Assembly: GCA_905178155.1 (NCBI GenBank)
Contig: CAJINV010000004.1
Coordinates: forward strand, 2,440,228 to 2,504,227
Length of the DNA: 64,000 nucleotides
Source of the DNA: Amoebophrya sp. A120
Lineage: Eukaryota > Protista > Dinoflagellata
Reading direction: 5' to 3'
Below the pieces are notes generated by a model. It was not told where the DNA came from and searched no databases. It saw only the letters and a list, made by a program, of their open reading frames with translations. Shown piece by piece: positions 46,392 to 59,211 of this stretch; the first letter of the stretch is position 1, and each line of letters opens with the position of its first letter. A program made the position numbers and the translations under genes.

Positions 46392-47752
46392 TGTTGGATC
46401 AATCGAATCGGTGGAAAGAATCGAATCGAACAACGGCGCAATGTTGAAAAGATATCGCAAGAACAAACCTACAAGAACTGCAACATAGGACTTAATTTAA
46501 GTATTTGCTTATGCTTTGCAGCTTTACTGTACAAAAATTTGAGACCACTAGTAGATCGAGGAAAGAGAAGAAGCCGGCGAACGGCAGGATACAGGCGGTC
46601 CGGTGTGTCAAGTAGAAACTCGTAATCTTTATCTTCGCATAGAAGTTTCCGTCGTAATCTCAAAGGTTCTCGCTGCACTGATACATCGTGGCAAGAAGAA
46701 GAATTGCAATTTGAAAGATCGTGAAGGATTTCCTTCCTCGTGACAACAAGAACCACATAGTATCGGCAATTGAACATACAAATTAGGACTGTTGTCCCGA
46801 CATGAGACGCAGATATTGCGACAACGCGGCCAAAAGCTTCGGAACCTTTCAGCAAGGTTTGCGTACATTATAAAATAAACCCAACTTGTTCAAAACAAGA
46901 AATCCGATCGATGATATGTCATGGAGTCGGACTTCCAACATCCACTGAAATTCAATATCTGCATCAATATCGATGAGATTCATCGGCCCGACACAGAGAT
47001 CTTAATCGGAAATTCTCAACATACAAAAAAACAAAATCAGGTGGATCAGGATAGAATTCAGAATGTCGAATCAATTTTCTTTTTTGTTTCTTTTTTTTAT
47101 TGGAACCTCAATCTGAGTTGTCCAAATTCCTGTTTCTGTTCACATGCAAAAAGGCCATATTTATGTTTCAAAAAATTCAATTTTATTGGATTCTTTGGTC
47201 TGGATATGATTTGTCCAAGGTTCTGGTATATCATTGATGTGTGTCGAAAAAGCATATATTTCGTATGAATTTCATGATGAGAATGTCAGGGGTTGTGTGA
47301 TGATCAAGAAAAATCGATCGATTGTTTTCAATTTCGGGAAGTTTTTTCTCGAAAGGAGGGCGATGTTATCGGAGAAAAAAACTCGATGGAAGTTGTTGAA
47401 TAATAAGCAGACTACATTTACTAGCAATATGACACATAGTGCTCCAATTATGGAACGTGGGTGTACTACCGCTACCGGGTTATTGCATGTACTACCGGGT
47501 TAGTCAAGGTGTGTGCCCCAAATTTGAAAAGTCAAGGTCAGCGCACCAAAAAAGTCAAGGTCGGGAAATCCGATGAAACAGGCGGGCACTGGACTCGCTA
47601 ACTACGTAGTTACTTCGCCGAAATCCGAACTCTTTATCTACCCTAGCTTCGCCGTCATCTTTAGCTAGCACAGGCACAATATTGAAATCTGCCGCGTTCT
47701 ACCTAGCTTAGCTACAGCATTCATTCTCTGTTGTGGTTTTATAGGAATCCAT

Positions 47753-48362
47753 CTTCAAAAACAAAGAAAAACAAAGAAAAAAGGCTTCCCTTTCCTCCGG
47801 ACAAACTGCTTGCCGCCGGACCCTAATCCGTGGGGGGCTACGCGCCTGGCCCCACCTCGCAATTTGGACCCGTTACGGGTCTTGCCACCGTTTCGGGCCC
47901 AGCCACCCATAACATGCGGCCTGGCCTACTGCTTCTGGCGGGATTTGCGTCCTTTGATTTTTTTTGTTGAAAAGCCGCGCCCCTGCCGCCTCCTGAATCG
48001 AAACACTTTCCCGCATGTTATGCCCCCGCCTGGGCCTCCACCAAGCCCGGCCCCATGGGCCCCCAAAATCTGGCCAATAGCATGTGGGTCAACAGTGTTT
48101 AGCTTTTGGCGAGCGGGCTTTGCAACCTCCAAAAGTGGACCGAAATGGGGCCCGTACCATGTGGCTTCCGCTTTTTTCGTCTTGGCATTTTCCGGCGCCC
48201 CTTTTTGGGCGGTCCAAATCGACGGAAGTAGTCGCGTTGGACGCCTCGGCAGGGCGTCTCTTTTGGCGGCTCCTTTGCGTCGTTTTAGCAATCGGGAATC
48301 GAATGAATTGGCTCGGGCTTGTTTGATGGCAACGCCCCTTGAAAACTGCCGGTCGTTTTTCA
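47753..48362. mobile_element. Diverged inverted copy of the 9429-10080 repeat
   Basis: Collinear reverse-complement similarity, e.g. CTTGAAAACTGCCG, GGCGCCCCTTTTTGGGCG and CCCGCATGTTATG. Confidence 0.65.
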
Positions 48363-48495
48363 CGTCAGTACTATCAGCACGATGGCGCTTTAATGAGTAT
48401 ACAGAGCTGACTGTCACCCTGTCGCTGTATGTCGGACGACGACGCGGCGAAGCGGGTGGGGATCTCTGTGAGCCGGCCGCCCCGCCGGCAACAGA

Positions 48496-49776
48496 TCAGG
48501 CGGGAGCACCCCGCTCCGTTTTCTTGGTTAAAAAATCGCTAAAATTTCCGGCGCTTCAAAAATTCCCCGGCGTTGGCCTGCAATCCCGCCCGGTAGGTGT
48601 TTGCAAGCGTTACGTCCGGCGACGCCTCGCCCTCGCCATTTTGGGTGTATTTTGTTCGCCGCCACTTTCTCTTGGGGCCGGCCGCCGATTGTATTCGCGG
48701 CGGGCCTCGACCCATGGTCTTGTGGTTCGGCAAAATTAAAATTTAAAAATTGCGGCAGGTTTTTGGGTTATCTCGGATGTGCAGGGGATGTCGATTTGTT
48801 CTAGGATGAGCCGACACATATCCGGGAGGTTTTTCCACCGTGTGGTTGGCGTGGGTGTGTCCTATCCCCGTGGTGTTGTGGATGTCTGTGTCTTTCATGG
48901 GGATATGTTCTTCGCCTTTTTCGGATATTTGTGTATGTTTTGGGTCCGAAGAATGTGATGGTTGAAAAATTTCAACCATCATGTTGTTCGGGAAATGGAG
49001 GATGAGAGGGTGACGGGGTTTCAGAACTCGGAAGGAGAACATCAAAATGTCGGCTAAACCTGCATTTTGATGGTCCTGTCCGGACTTCTAATCATCTTCT
49101 AATTCTGCCGTCGAAATCCAAAAATGCAAAATCCAATGGGATTTTGCACTACAAGGAAATTAGAAGCTCCCCGGACATGCTCCGGGGAGCCGGATTTCCT
49201 CCGGATTTCGACGAGAATTAGAAGAAAATTAGAAGAAGAATTAGAAAACAAATTAGAAGGGATTTTAGAAGCCATTTTAGAAGGCACTTTTAGAAGATAA
49301 ATTAGAAGACATTTTAGAAGGGGAAATTAGAAGTAGGCTTTAGAAGGGGAAATTAGAAGAAGGCTTTAGAAGGGGGAAATTAGAAGAAGGCTTTAGAAGA
49401 TGAAATTAGAAGGAACTTTTAGAAGGGCAAATTAGAAGACGTGGATCGGGGCACCCGGGGAAATGTTCATCGTGTTCCCGCATGTCTGGGGTGCGACGGT
49501 GGTCAGGAGGGATTTCGCTGGTGGGGTATTGTGTATTTTGGGTCTTTGGGCAACCAGAGTGGGGAAGATCCACTTCCAAACACTGGAAGGGTCTTGGTTC
49601 GTTTCTACCGGCCACCAGGTTGGTCCTTCTCCGTTTGGGCCTCTTTTGTTCTTCTTCTTTGGGGAGTCTTCTTTGTTCACTCGTCTTCCCCGGAATCGGG
49701 AACCGGAAAAAAACGAACCGCCGGAAAAATTAGCGACTTTTTAGAAACCAAGGCGGAGCGGGCGTTTCCCGCCTGA
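48496..49776. mobile_element. 1281-bp MITE-like element, TCAGGCGGG TIR, 6-bp TSD
   Basis: TSD AACAGA (48490-95 / 49777-82); internal hairpin TGATGGTTGAA-N4-TTCAACCATCA (48956-81); TTAGAAG array ~49216-49438. Confidence 0.85.
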
Positions 49777-50544
49777 AACAGACCCCCGAGGGGCCTGTTT
49801 TTTTATTTTGTAGTTCGTCACTCTATCCCGGTCTGAAGACTGACGAGGCTGGGCGGCGCCGCGCTCGCCTCAAGACTGTGGCGAGCTGCCAAGAGCGGCG
49901 CTCGACTCAAGAGATTGAGGAGCCCGCCGAGCAGTTGCGCGCCCGCAGCGTCAAGAGCTGTGGCGCTCCTCGACCCTCCCAACCGGAGAAAATCGGGTGG
50001 CCGACCGTGTCTGAAGACGAGCCGGTGGCTTCCTGGTTGGCGCCTCAGCGCTCGCCCCAAGAGACTGGGGAGACAGAGCAGAGGCCAGAGGCGCGAGAGC
50101 GGAGCTCCTCCCAAGAGATTGAGGCCAAAAAGTAGTCACGTTTTTCATTCCACTACCGCAATAAGAAGCGTTGACTTTCAATGTGTTCAGACTCGAATCC
50201 GAGTTGAATCCGAGCTGACGCGCTTGATTTTGTCTTTGAGTTATTATCTCGGTAGCCGAAAAACTTCTAAACCGCCGTAGCGTGGGGGAAGCCAACGCGT
50301 TGCACTACCGTACGAAAAGACGACGCACTACCGGGATAACCGACGACCAAAATTCGTCGAACCGGTACCACGGTAGTGCGTCGCTTTTCCCTTATCGGTT
50401 TTGTATGGTAGTGAAAGGCATATTCCCAATGTTACGGTGGATTTTAAGGCTTTGCACTACCGATCTGTTTTTTCAATGCACTACCCGGATATTAATTCCT
50501 GCAGATTCCGGTAGTGGCTGACTTTTACCCATTATTTTTCATTC

Positions 50545-51782
50545 TCAGGCGTCCGGGCCCGGGCCATCTCAGCCGGTAAAATTTTAGCAATATTCCGGCA
50601 ATTTTTTGAGGTGTGTAGTGGTGTCGCCGGTCTTCCGTCTTCTGGTGGGCCGGGTCCTTTGATCGTGCCTGTTTGGCCCTCCCGGCCGGTGTCTTTCGTA
50701 GTTTCCGGTCGTCTTGGTGGGCGCCTTGGCCTTGGCCAGTTGTTTTCGGGTTGTTCGATATTGGGCTTCATATATTTCGGGGCTTGGTATTGTGAGATAT
50801 GACGTTGCGGCTGCTAGGGTTTTGTGTTTTATGACTGAGAATTCTCGCAAGCCCAGGCTCGCACGCTCTATATTGGTATCGTCTCGTCGTGCTATTCTGT
50901 CGGACCTTTCGTGAAAGGCCCGACAGAAAGAATTGCACGGCGAGACGATATTGTCGCCATCTTCGTTTCACTCAACACAGCTGATGACCGGCATGAATTG
51001 CAGCAAAAGCTGCAATTCATGCTGCAACTCATGCTGCAATTTTCGTGCAAATAGTGTCCCGACCACTTTTGAAAAGGTGCAATTGACGCTGCAATTGACC
51101 GTGCAATTTTCGTGCAATTTCAGCTCCGGACTCGAAAACAAAGGAAGTGGCTGGGTTTTCCTACCCCCCCTCCCGGAACATGAAATTGCAGCTTTTTTGC
51201 ACACCCAATTGCAGCGTCAATTGCAGCTTTTCGAAAATGGTTCGGGATGGTTTTTGCACACTGAGTTGCACACTTTTTGCACACTGAATTGCACACTTTT
51301 TGCACACTGAATTGCACACTTTTTGCACACTCTCGGGGAATATTGTCAAAAGCTGGGGGGCGAAATGAATGGCGCACGTGGCGCGCCCACACCTGCTTCC
51401 TGGGCTTTCAAAGTGTGCAGCCCATAGCTTGTTGGGGAAGTCAGTGCGCACAGGGTGGTGATGTCGCGCAGCCCCCGACCGCCCCCCCGCCGGTCTTCAG
51501 GGTTTGTCTGCAAGCGAAGCCTCCACCCGAGGCGCAAGGCCCGGCCACAAGGAGGCGCGACGAGGGCCGGGCCTACAATTTCCAGGTTGCTTCACCGAGG
51601 GGGGGGCGGCCCACCTTTGTGTCGGGGTTTCGGCACGGGTAGCCCGGGAGCGATTTTCATTTCTTCTTGCCTCACTGCCATCTTCTACTTTTCACAATCG
51701 CCACCCTCGCTTTCATTTTTCAAAATTGCCGAAAAGTTGCCGGATTATTAGCGCTTTAGGTGGCCCGGGCCCGGACGCCTGA
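50545..51782. mobile_element. 1238-bp MITE-like element with a 22-bp perfect TIR TCAGGCGTCCGGGCCCGGGCCA
   Basis: TIR read at both ends; flanks TCATTC/TTTTTC (eroded 6-bp TSD). Confidence 0.8.
51251..51331. repeat. 23-bp tandem repeat TTTTTGCACACTGAATTGCACAC, about 3.5 units
   Basis: Read directly. Confidence 0.9.
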
Positions 51783-52039
51783 TTTTTCGTGTGGTAGTGC
51801 AAACCCGAACACCCATGCTACGGCGGTTTTCAGATCTTTGCACTCCCTGGATATCAAATGCGTTTTCAATGAAAAAACAAAAAAAAACTGCCCCCAAACT
51901 GCTCCCGAGGTCGCGAAATTTGTCGCGATCCGAGTGGAGTCCATGACTCTTATCTCGGTAGTACCATCAAAAACGGCGCTCCCGAAAATCTCTTTTGCAC
52001 GGAAAAAGCGAAACGGTGGCAAGACCTCCCGCGAAGCCG

Positions 52040-52565
52040 AGCCGACCCGTTCGGCCTGGCTCGGCCTCAAGATTGGCCGGGCGGCGGTTCCTCGCCCTTC
52101 GGCCCGCGCTGGCGGTGATCTGCGAAGCACAGCGCGAGCCAAAAGGCGACAAAACCGAACCCGTTCGGCCCGGCTCTGCCTCAAGATTGGCCGGGCGGCG
52201 GTTCCCAGGCCAGCCTTTCGGCCCGCGTTGGCTTGGCGGCGATCTGCGAAGCACATCAGGAGCCAAAACGCGACAAAACCGAACCCGTTCGGCCTGGCTC
52301 TGCCTCAAGATTGGCCGGGCGGCGGTTCCCAGCCTTTCGGCCCGCGCTGGCGGTGATCTGCGAAGCACAACAGGAGCCAAAACGCGACAAAACCGAACCC
52401 GTTCGGCCTGGCTCTGCCTCATGATTGGCCGCCCGGGCGGCGGTTCCTAGCCCTTCGGCCCGCGCTGGCGGTGCTTTGCGAAGCACAACAGGGGCCGGCT
52501 CCTAGCCCTTCGGCCCGCGCTGGCGGTGCTTTGCGAAGCACAACAGGGGCCAAAACGCGACAAAA
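52040..52565. repeat. ~115-bp GC-rich tandem repeat, about 4 units plus partial units, next to the right TIR
   Basis: Recurring CCCGTTCGGCCTGGCTCTGCCTCAAGATTGGCCGGGCGGCGGTTCC...CTGCGAAGCAC...GCGACAAAACC. Confidence 0.9.
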
Positions 52566-55417
52566 CCTCGACAACGGATTTCCCGACCTTGACTTTTTTT
52601 TTGCGCTGACCTTGACTTTTCAAATTTGGGGCACCTTGACTAACCCGGTAGTACATCGAATAACCCGGTAGCGGTAGTACACCTACGCTCCATACCAATA
52701 TGACATCTGACCACGACGACATGAAAAACCTTCCAAGACATGCATTATCATATTGCAATATTGTCATATTGTCATAATGCATATTGCTCGCGACAGCCCG
52801 GCGGCTGAAAATTGGCCACACCCGACACGTTGTCGGCCGGGTGTTGTGATTCTAGGACCCCTTAGGCGGGTGCGTATGCATTCGCGGCAAATTTGGGGCG
52901 ATGAGCCGTATGCATTTCTTCCGCCCCTCTCGCACTTGCCCAGTCTGTTGAACCTAGAGGGGGCGCGGCGCTCGTGCGCCGCGCCTGGCAACAGTCTACT
53001 TCTTTGTTTCCATAGGCAGCGTCGCAGTTGTAGCGCCTCCTAGTGCGCTGCAGCTTTTAGCAGCATCGCCCCGGCTCTGGGGTGTCAGCGCTTACTGTAC
53101 TACGAAAGCGCAACGCGCGATGCTAATAGCCACACCCACGCCACGAATAAAGCATTATGACGTAACGACAGCTGAATTTTGAGCAATTGCGTTTGGGTTC
53201 CCGTGCGGAAAATTCGCATGAGAGCGGGCGACCCGTGGCAAAGTCATTCGGGTCGCAACGGCCCAGGTCGCGCACATGTTCCTCTGGTTCGGACAATTGT
53301 GCCCTTTCACTGAGGGAGAGCGCATGACGCGCCGTCTCGTTGGCGCTCAAACGAAATGGAGGGACAGGAAGCGGGCCTTGCAGCGCAAGTAGTGGCGGGC
53401 GTTGCCGGGCCCGCTTTCGGAGGCGGGGGTTCCGACTTTCAACACATTCCGGCCATTTTGCTCAAAGTGCCGCAGTCATATTGTCATATTGTCATATTGC
53501 ATATTGGTAAAAGTGTGTGTCGAAATTTTGCTAGTTAATGCAATGTGAATAAGGTCAAATATTTTTCTTTCTTTCTTTCTTGTCGTATCTGGGCATGATG
53601 TCAAATGATGTTTGTTTGTTTGTTTGTTGATGAAGGTCATGTGGAACCGTTTGGAAGTTTGTGTTTCCCCTCACATGATTAGCGCTATTTCAAGAAAAAG
53701 GACAACTTGGCAGAGCTGCTTTGGCCTCTGCCTTAGAAAAAGGAACTGTTGCTAGGAGCGAGAGCTTGATTTGTCTAGCCTGCTGTAAAACTTAAAAAGT
53801 TAGAAGCGTCGAAAGTTAAAAGTCTGTTGTTGCAAGTAAAAAGTTGTTGTTGAAAAGTTAAAAAGTGCGTCGTAAGTCAAAAGCGTGTTTTTCAGAAAAG
53901 TTGTTTCCGAGGAAAGAAAGGCTTGCTCTACAGTCTTTTTGTTGTCGAGAGCTACCTGGTTGCCTGAAGTTAAAGAGTTGAAAGAAAGCAAAAGTTTTTG
54001 TTTCGAGTTGTTACAAAAAGCGAAGCGCTAACTTGGAGGAACTGTTTTTTTTTTTTGTTTTTGTCTGTATTTTTTGTTGCTTTCCAACTCTTGGCTGCAG
54101 CGCCGCGTGGGGCTGTCTTACGCTTACTAGCTTTCTGTTCTTGAAATTGAAAGTTGATTTTTACTTCTTATTGAAACCGAAAAGTTGTTTCTTGTCATCA
54201 TAAAAATGTCAAATGATCGCTCTTGTCATCATAAAAAAATATTTCTATTGTTCATGACAAATTATCTTTTCGAGAGAATCTATAGGAAAAATTTCAAAAA
54301 ATGAAGATATTTTCCTTCGAGCGGTCATATCATGGATATGATTTTCTAAATATCAAGAATGAACTCTTTCCATATTTGGATAAAAAAGATTAAGATATAT
54401 ATCAAATGAAATAACAATTAATATTCAAGAACCTACAATAAAAATCCTTCATGATCTCTTTTTCTTCTTTATTTTCCGATCTTCCTGTCATCATCATAGT
54501 CTTTTTATTCTTGATTCTATCCTCAAATTGAGTTTTCTTTTCCCATATCTTTTTCATTTTTCGGTTGATTTCCTAGATAGATTTTTTTTCATTAGATGAT
54601 TTGGATTTTCATCTGATATTTGTGTTACCACCTCGAATTATGCAGAAAGATTCTGCAGAAAAAGAAAATCCTCAAGAAGAAAAGAATCCTCAAGAAGAAA
54701 AAATGCACATGAACACATTTGAAAAGAGAGCGACAAGATGATGAGAACGAAGAAAGACAATTTCGCACCGGACCTATGAGACAATTTGAGTCATGCCCTG
54801 ACATGACAAGAAAGAAAGAAAGAACATTTGAAAAATTCTGAAACAATCTTTTGGGAATATCTGAATCAATAGAATCTGGGCGCACTTTTGAACTCCTTCA
54901 TGTGTTCTTATCATCGGTCTAAATAATATTGATGAATTTCTTACTTTCTTTCATTCCATATCTAGATACCAGCCATGCTCCGGCTGCCTGCCGCCGGGGC
55001 GCAAGACTGTTGGACCGGGGCAAGACTGTGCGCCAATTGGACCACAACACCATGGGCCTGCGCACGACGCAACATATTGGAGTCCTGCCGCCTGTTTACG
55101 CCGCTCCAACCCGCAGGACCCCTTGCGCGCCTCCCGCGCCTTTGGGCGCTCTGCGCAGGGAGCAGCTGCAAAGAACACCGGGGGCGAACAGAAGCCACCC
55201 CGCGCGGGAGGGTAGCGCGAGAGGGTAGCGCGAGAGGGTGGCGCGGAAAGACGCCGAACAAAACAAGCTGCAAGGGCCTGCAATGCGAGATATGGGCAGC
55301 GCCATGTGGATTCGCGCCTATTTCTTTCTGTTTTTACCTCCTCACAGACCTGTCGCAAGCCCTCTCTTTGGCCTCTTTTGGGGGTCCATCCCCTCCCCGC
55401 TAATAGTCCGGCTATAC

Positions 55418-56706
55418 TCAGGCGGGAAACACCCGTTCTGCCTTGCGTTCTAAAATAGCCCTAATTTTTCCGGCGATTCGGTTTTTTCCTGATCCCAGAC
55501 CCGGAGACAACCTCCCATCCTCACACCCCCTCCCGAAACAGGGAAAACCGAAAAGACCCGAAACCAAGAAACACCAGGGGCCGGGGAACGGTAGCCGACA
55601 TCGCCCCCTTTGTCGGCTTCAAAAATTGCCCGTGGCGACACCTGCGAGGTGGCTTCCACGACATTGCGACCCACCCATTGCCCGAAACTCTGCGACCCCG
55701 AGCCCCACCACCCAGTGCGACTTCTATTCCTCCCGCCTGAAAACACCCTGTATTTTCCCCTTCTAATTTCCTCTGCTAAAGGTTTCTTCTAATTCTCCCT
55801 TCTAAAATCCCCCTTTTAATTTGCCCTTCTAAAATCCCCTCTAATTTGCCTTCTAAAATTCCTTCTAATTCACCCTTCTAAAATCCCTTCTAATTTGTCT
55901 TCTAAAATCTCTTTTAATTCACCCTTCTAAAACCGCTTCTAATTTGGCTTCTAAAAATTCTTCTAATTTTCTTCTAATAAATTCTGTTCCAAGTCCGGTG
56001 GAAATCTGGCTCCCCGGAACATGTCAGGGGAGTTTCTAATTTCCATGTAGCGCAAAATCCCGTAGGATTTTGCGACTTTGGACTTGGAGCCAAGAATTAG
56101 AAGATGATTAGAAGCCGGGACGGACACATGAACATCCCTGTTTAGATGATTTTCATGCTCCAAGTCCGGCGCCCAGAAAGTCCTATACCCTCACCACCCG
56201 CGCGTGATGAGCATGATGGTTGAACTTTTTCAACCATCATGTTCGGAACCAAAACAGGAACATTCCAGAGCAGGTCGAGGAACCTTCCCAGGAATATTCG
56301 CGTGTGGAGCACATCCCAACTACCTAGCCCACATGTGGAACACGCCCCCACCCAAAGCAGGTGGAGAAAGAAACACGACGAGGGCTGCGCCCCGATCCCC
56401 AGAACACCTGCGAGACATGTGGGCTACCGGGAAACCACCGAAAACTGCCCGAATTTTTAAATTTTAATTCCCTGGAGAAACCATCGACACGACGGCACCG
56501 GGCAAACAGATACGGGCGGGGCGACAGGAACCAACCACGTTGGGATGGGGCAAAACAAAGAAATTCCAGGGCCCGGGTGGGGTCGGCCACCACACTGCCC
56601 CGAAGCGTCGGCGCAACCGGGCAGGCCGGCGCCACGGAAATCGCGAAACGCCGGGAATTTTAGCGGTTTTTTACCTAGGAAGACAGAGCGGGGCGCGCCC
56701 GCCTGA
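55418..56706. mobile_element. 1289-bp MITE-like element, diverged inverted copy of 48496-49776
   Basis: TCAGGCGGG...CCCGCCTGA; TSD CTATAC (55412-17 / 56707-12); CTTCTAA array ~55760-55976; hairpin 56212-56241. Confidence 0.85.
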
Positions 56707-59211
56707 CTATACTCGCGGGTAGAGGTCGACAGAGGTGGCCGAGAGGTGGCCAAGAGGATCCGCGGGAGGTCGCCCCTTATTCGCGCAACCTCTCGGCACC
56801 TCTGTCCACCTCTCGCCTTCCCTCTTTTCTACCTCTCGGCACCCTCCGAGGCGCTTAGCGGCCCTAAAGGGCGACCGGCTCGGCGGGCTATACTCACGCC
56901 ACCTCTCACGCACCCTCTCGAACTGCCTCCCGCGCCACCTCTCCACCTCTGTCGACCTCTTTTCGACCCCTTTTGACCTCTTTTTTACCTCCCTGCCACC
57001 TCTCGTTTACCCTCTCTAGACCAATGCTTTCACATGAATATAATAGATAGTAATGATTCAAAGATTCAAGATCGATTATTGATTATTTATTCTTTCCAGA
57101 TTTGATTCTATCCTGGAAATTCATTCGATGGGATTATTTTCAATCCAGAGGATTTTCATTATTATCTTAGATATATTCGATTGAAACACACATTCCAGAA
57201 AGACAAACTTGAGTCATCAGATCAAATAAGGATAAACCAACAGAAACAGAATTATCATCAGAATCAGCAAGATTATCCTTGAGATTTTTCAGGGTCATGA
57301 ATCTTTGATGGACCATACTCAGGCACAAGAACTATGTGATATCTTAATCGATCTCAACGCCATGCATTTGCATGCATGCATGCCAAAAAAGCAAAACGCG
57401 ACTCGCCATTTGCTTTTCGATCATGATGTGGCTCAATATCTTCCACAACTTGATCGCTAGAACAAACTGGAACAAGAACCTTCCAAGAAATAAATCCGAT
57501 CCTGCCCAGCATCGCATGGTGGTTCCGAGGATCCTCAGAGGGAAACCATGATGGGCAAGAGGAGTAGACTTTCAACCTCCTGATTGTTTGGATCAAAGTA
57601 GTTGTAGTTGCGTTCTCGTTCTCATTCTCGTTCTCGTTCTGTCTTTTCAACATCCCGGCTTGTTTCATTTTTCAACACGACTTCTTGCTGAGGTCATGAT
57701 CTTCTGGATCACGAGGCGCAGCTTCAAGAACTCCACTAGATCAGCGCAGCTGCACTACTTCCACTTTGTGATCTCTAGTCTACAGCATCTTCTCGGAGGT
57801 CTTCATCCTCTGGGGAAGGATTTTCATTGTAGACTAATTACAAGCCTGCTGAAGATATTAGGCGCCGATGTGTGTGTCGTGTCTAACCAGAAATAAACGC
57901 TAGTGACGAGTATACTTGAACTTAGACAGCAGGGCGATTCGATTCTTGACATGAGAAAAAAGCACAAGCACTTCTGGCACTGCGGGGACAACACTACAAC
58001 TGCGTCACTCGTTTACTCCGACAGACTCGAACTATTTCCATGTATTAAAGTATCAAAAACTTCCGATGGACGCTGGCAAAGTTTGAAATCAAAAAGAAAA
58101 AGCCACTACATGCACCTTCAAAATTCTTGCTAATTGCAACTAAGTGCGCTGTGCCGTCGATGGACATGCAGAGCCAGAGGCAAGTCAGGAATGGTTTTTT
58201 ACTTAACATACAAAGAAATAAAAACCGGCCATCTTCATCTTCAGCAAAGACAGAGCTAGAACAGAAGAACAAATCATCTACAGATACTACAGAAATATTT
58301 TTCTTGAAGAGCTACTACTAGTACTACCTTTTCTGGGGAGCGGGAGATGCATGTGGGGCGATAATAATAGAGATGGTGCTAGTAAACTATAAATATGCAA
58401 AATGTAAATGTTAGTGACACTGATTTATTCCGATCGACTGACTTTCCTGATTCTTGTATGTAGATGTAATCGACATCGAGCGAGACGACCTCCTCCTCAG
58501 TCGCTATTCATCGCCTCGAATCAATTCTAGCACGACACCTCCCAAATATTACTTAAAATGCGCGTCGAGCGGACTCGTGAAGATGTTGGGCTAGAAGCAG
58601 GAGCAGCTAGATTGATTCTTGTTAGTGTGCATCAAGTTGTGAAGTATTGAGTTCTTTCCAGAAAGTTCACGCTATACTCGGAAATAAAATGCGAATTGCA
58701 AAAGTCCTCTACAAGAACTCCCATGTTGACCATTAGAGGAGCAGACGCAATATTACAAAATTGGTCGAAATCTTCATAGCAAATGGTTTGTAGCAGTAAC
58801 ATTTTTGATGTGATTTTATTTTTTATTTACTATACACCATGATTTATTTTAAAGGATACGGAATCAACTCCACGCGACGACGAGCGATAATGTAAGGATC
58901 AAAATGGAAAATTTAGTGGCGTGATCGAGACGACGAAATTCAAATTATAGTAGTGCAACAGCATTGGCTTGTTTAAGAAGAAATAGGAATTCGCTTGTTC
59001 TTGTGCAAATAATCATAAAAGACAATAGAAGGTAAACAATACTTAGATCTCAACACTCGTCTACCCGGCTCACGACCTTGATGCCGGAAATACTAAGTAG
59101 GTCTTTCGGCTCCTCATGACCTACTTGCCGATTTGAGAAGCTGCTCCTCACGCGGAAATGAAGTGGGCAGCTGCGACGATCTTCTTCCACTGTGCTGCTT
59201 CCATCCCATGA

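Larger units (their letters stand above)
47449..52694. mobile_element. 5.2-kb non-autonomous TIR element (TAT...ATA ends, 5-bp TSD) containing nested elements
   Basis: ~120-bp TIRs 47449-47572 and 52575-52694 (TATGGAACGTGGGTGTACTACCGCTACCGGG...); TSD CCAAT at 47444-48 and 52695-99. Confidence 0.88.

Noticed and set aside
45928-46441. Minus-strand gene across the 46069 introner
   Set aside because: A short open frame exists, but the plus-strand HPWI kinase ending explains the region better.
47810-48739. 309-aa ORF as the transposase of the 5.2-kb element
   Set aside because: It spans two different nested repeats and shows no DDE or recombinase motifs.
53780-54900. AT-rich tracts with AAAAGTT and AAGAAAATCCTCAAG repeats
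   Set aside because: Low-complexity intergenic sequence without definable boundaries or function.
48496-56706. Two inverted 1.28-kb repeats as arms of one 8-kb element
   Set aside because: Each copy has its own TIRs and a different TSD, they are diverged, and the left copy lies inside another element.
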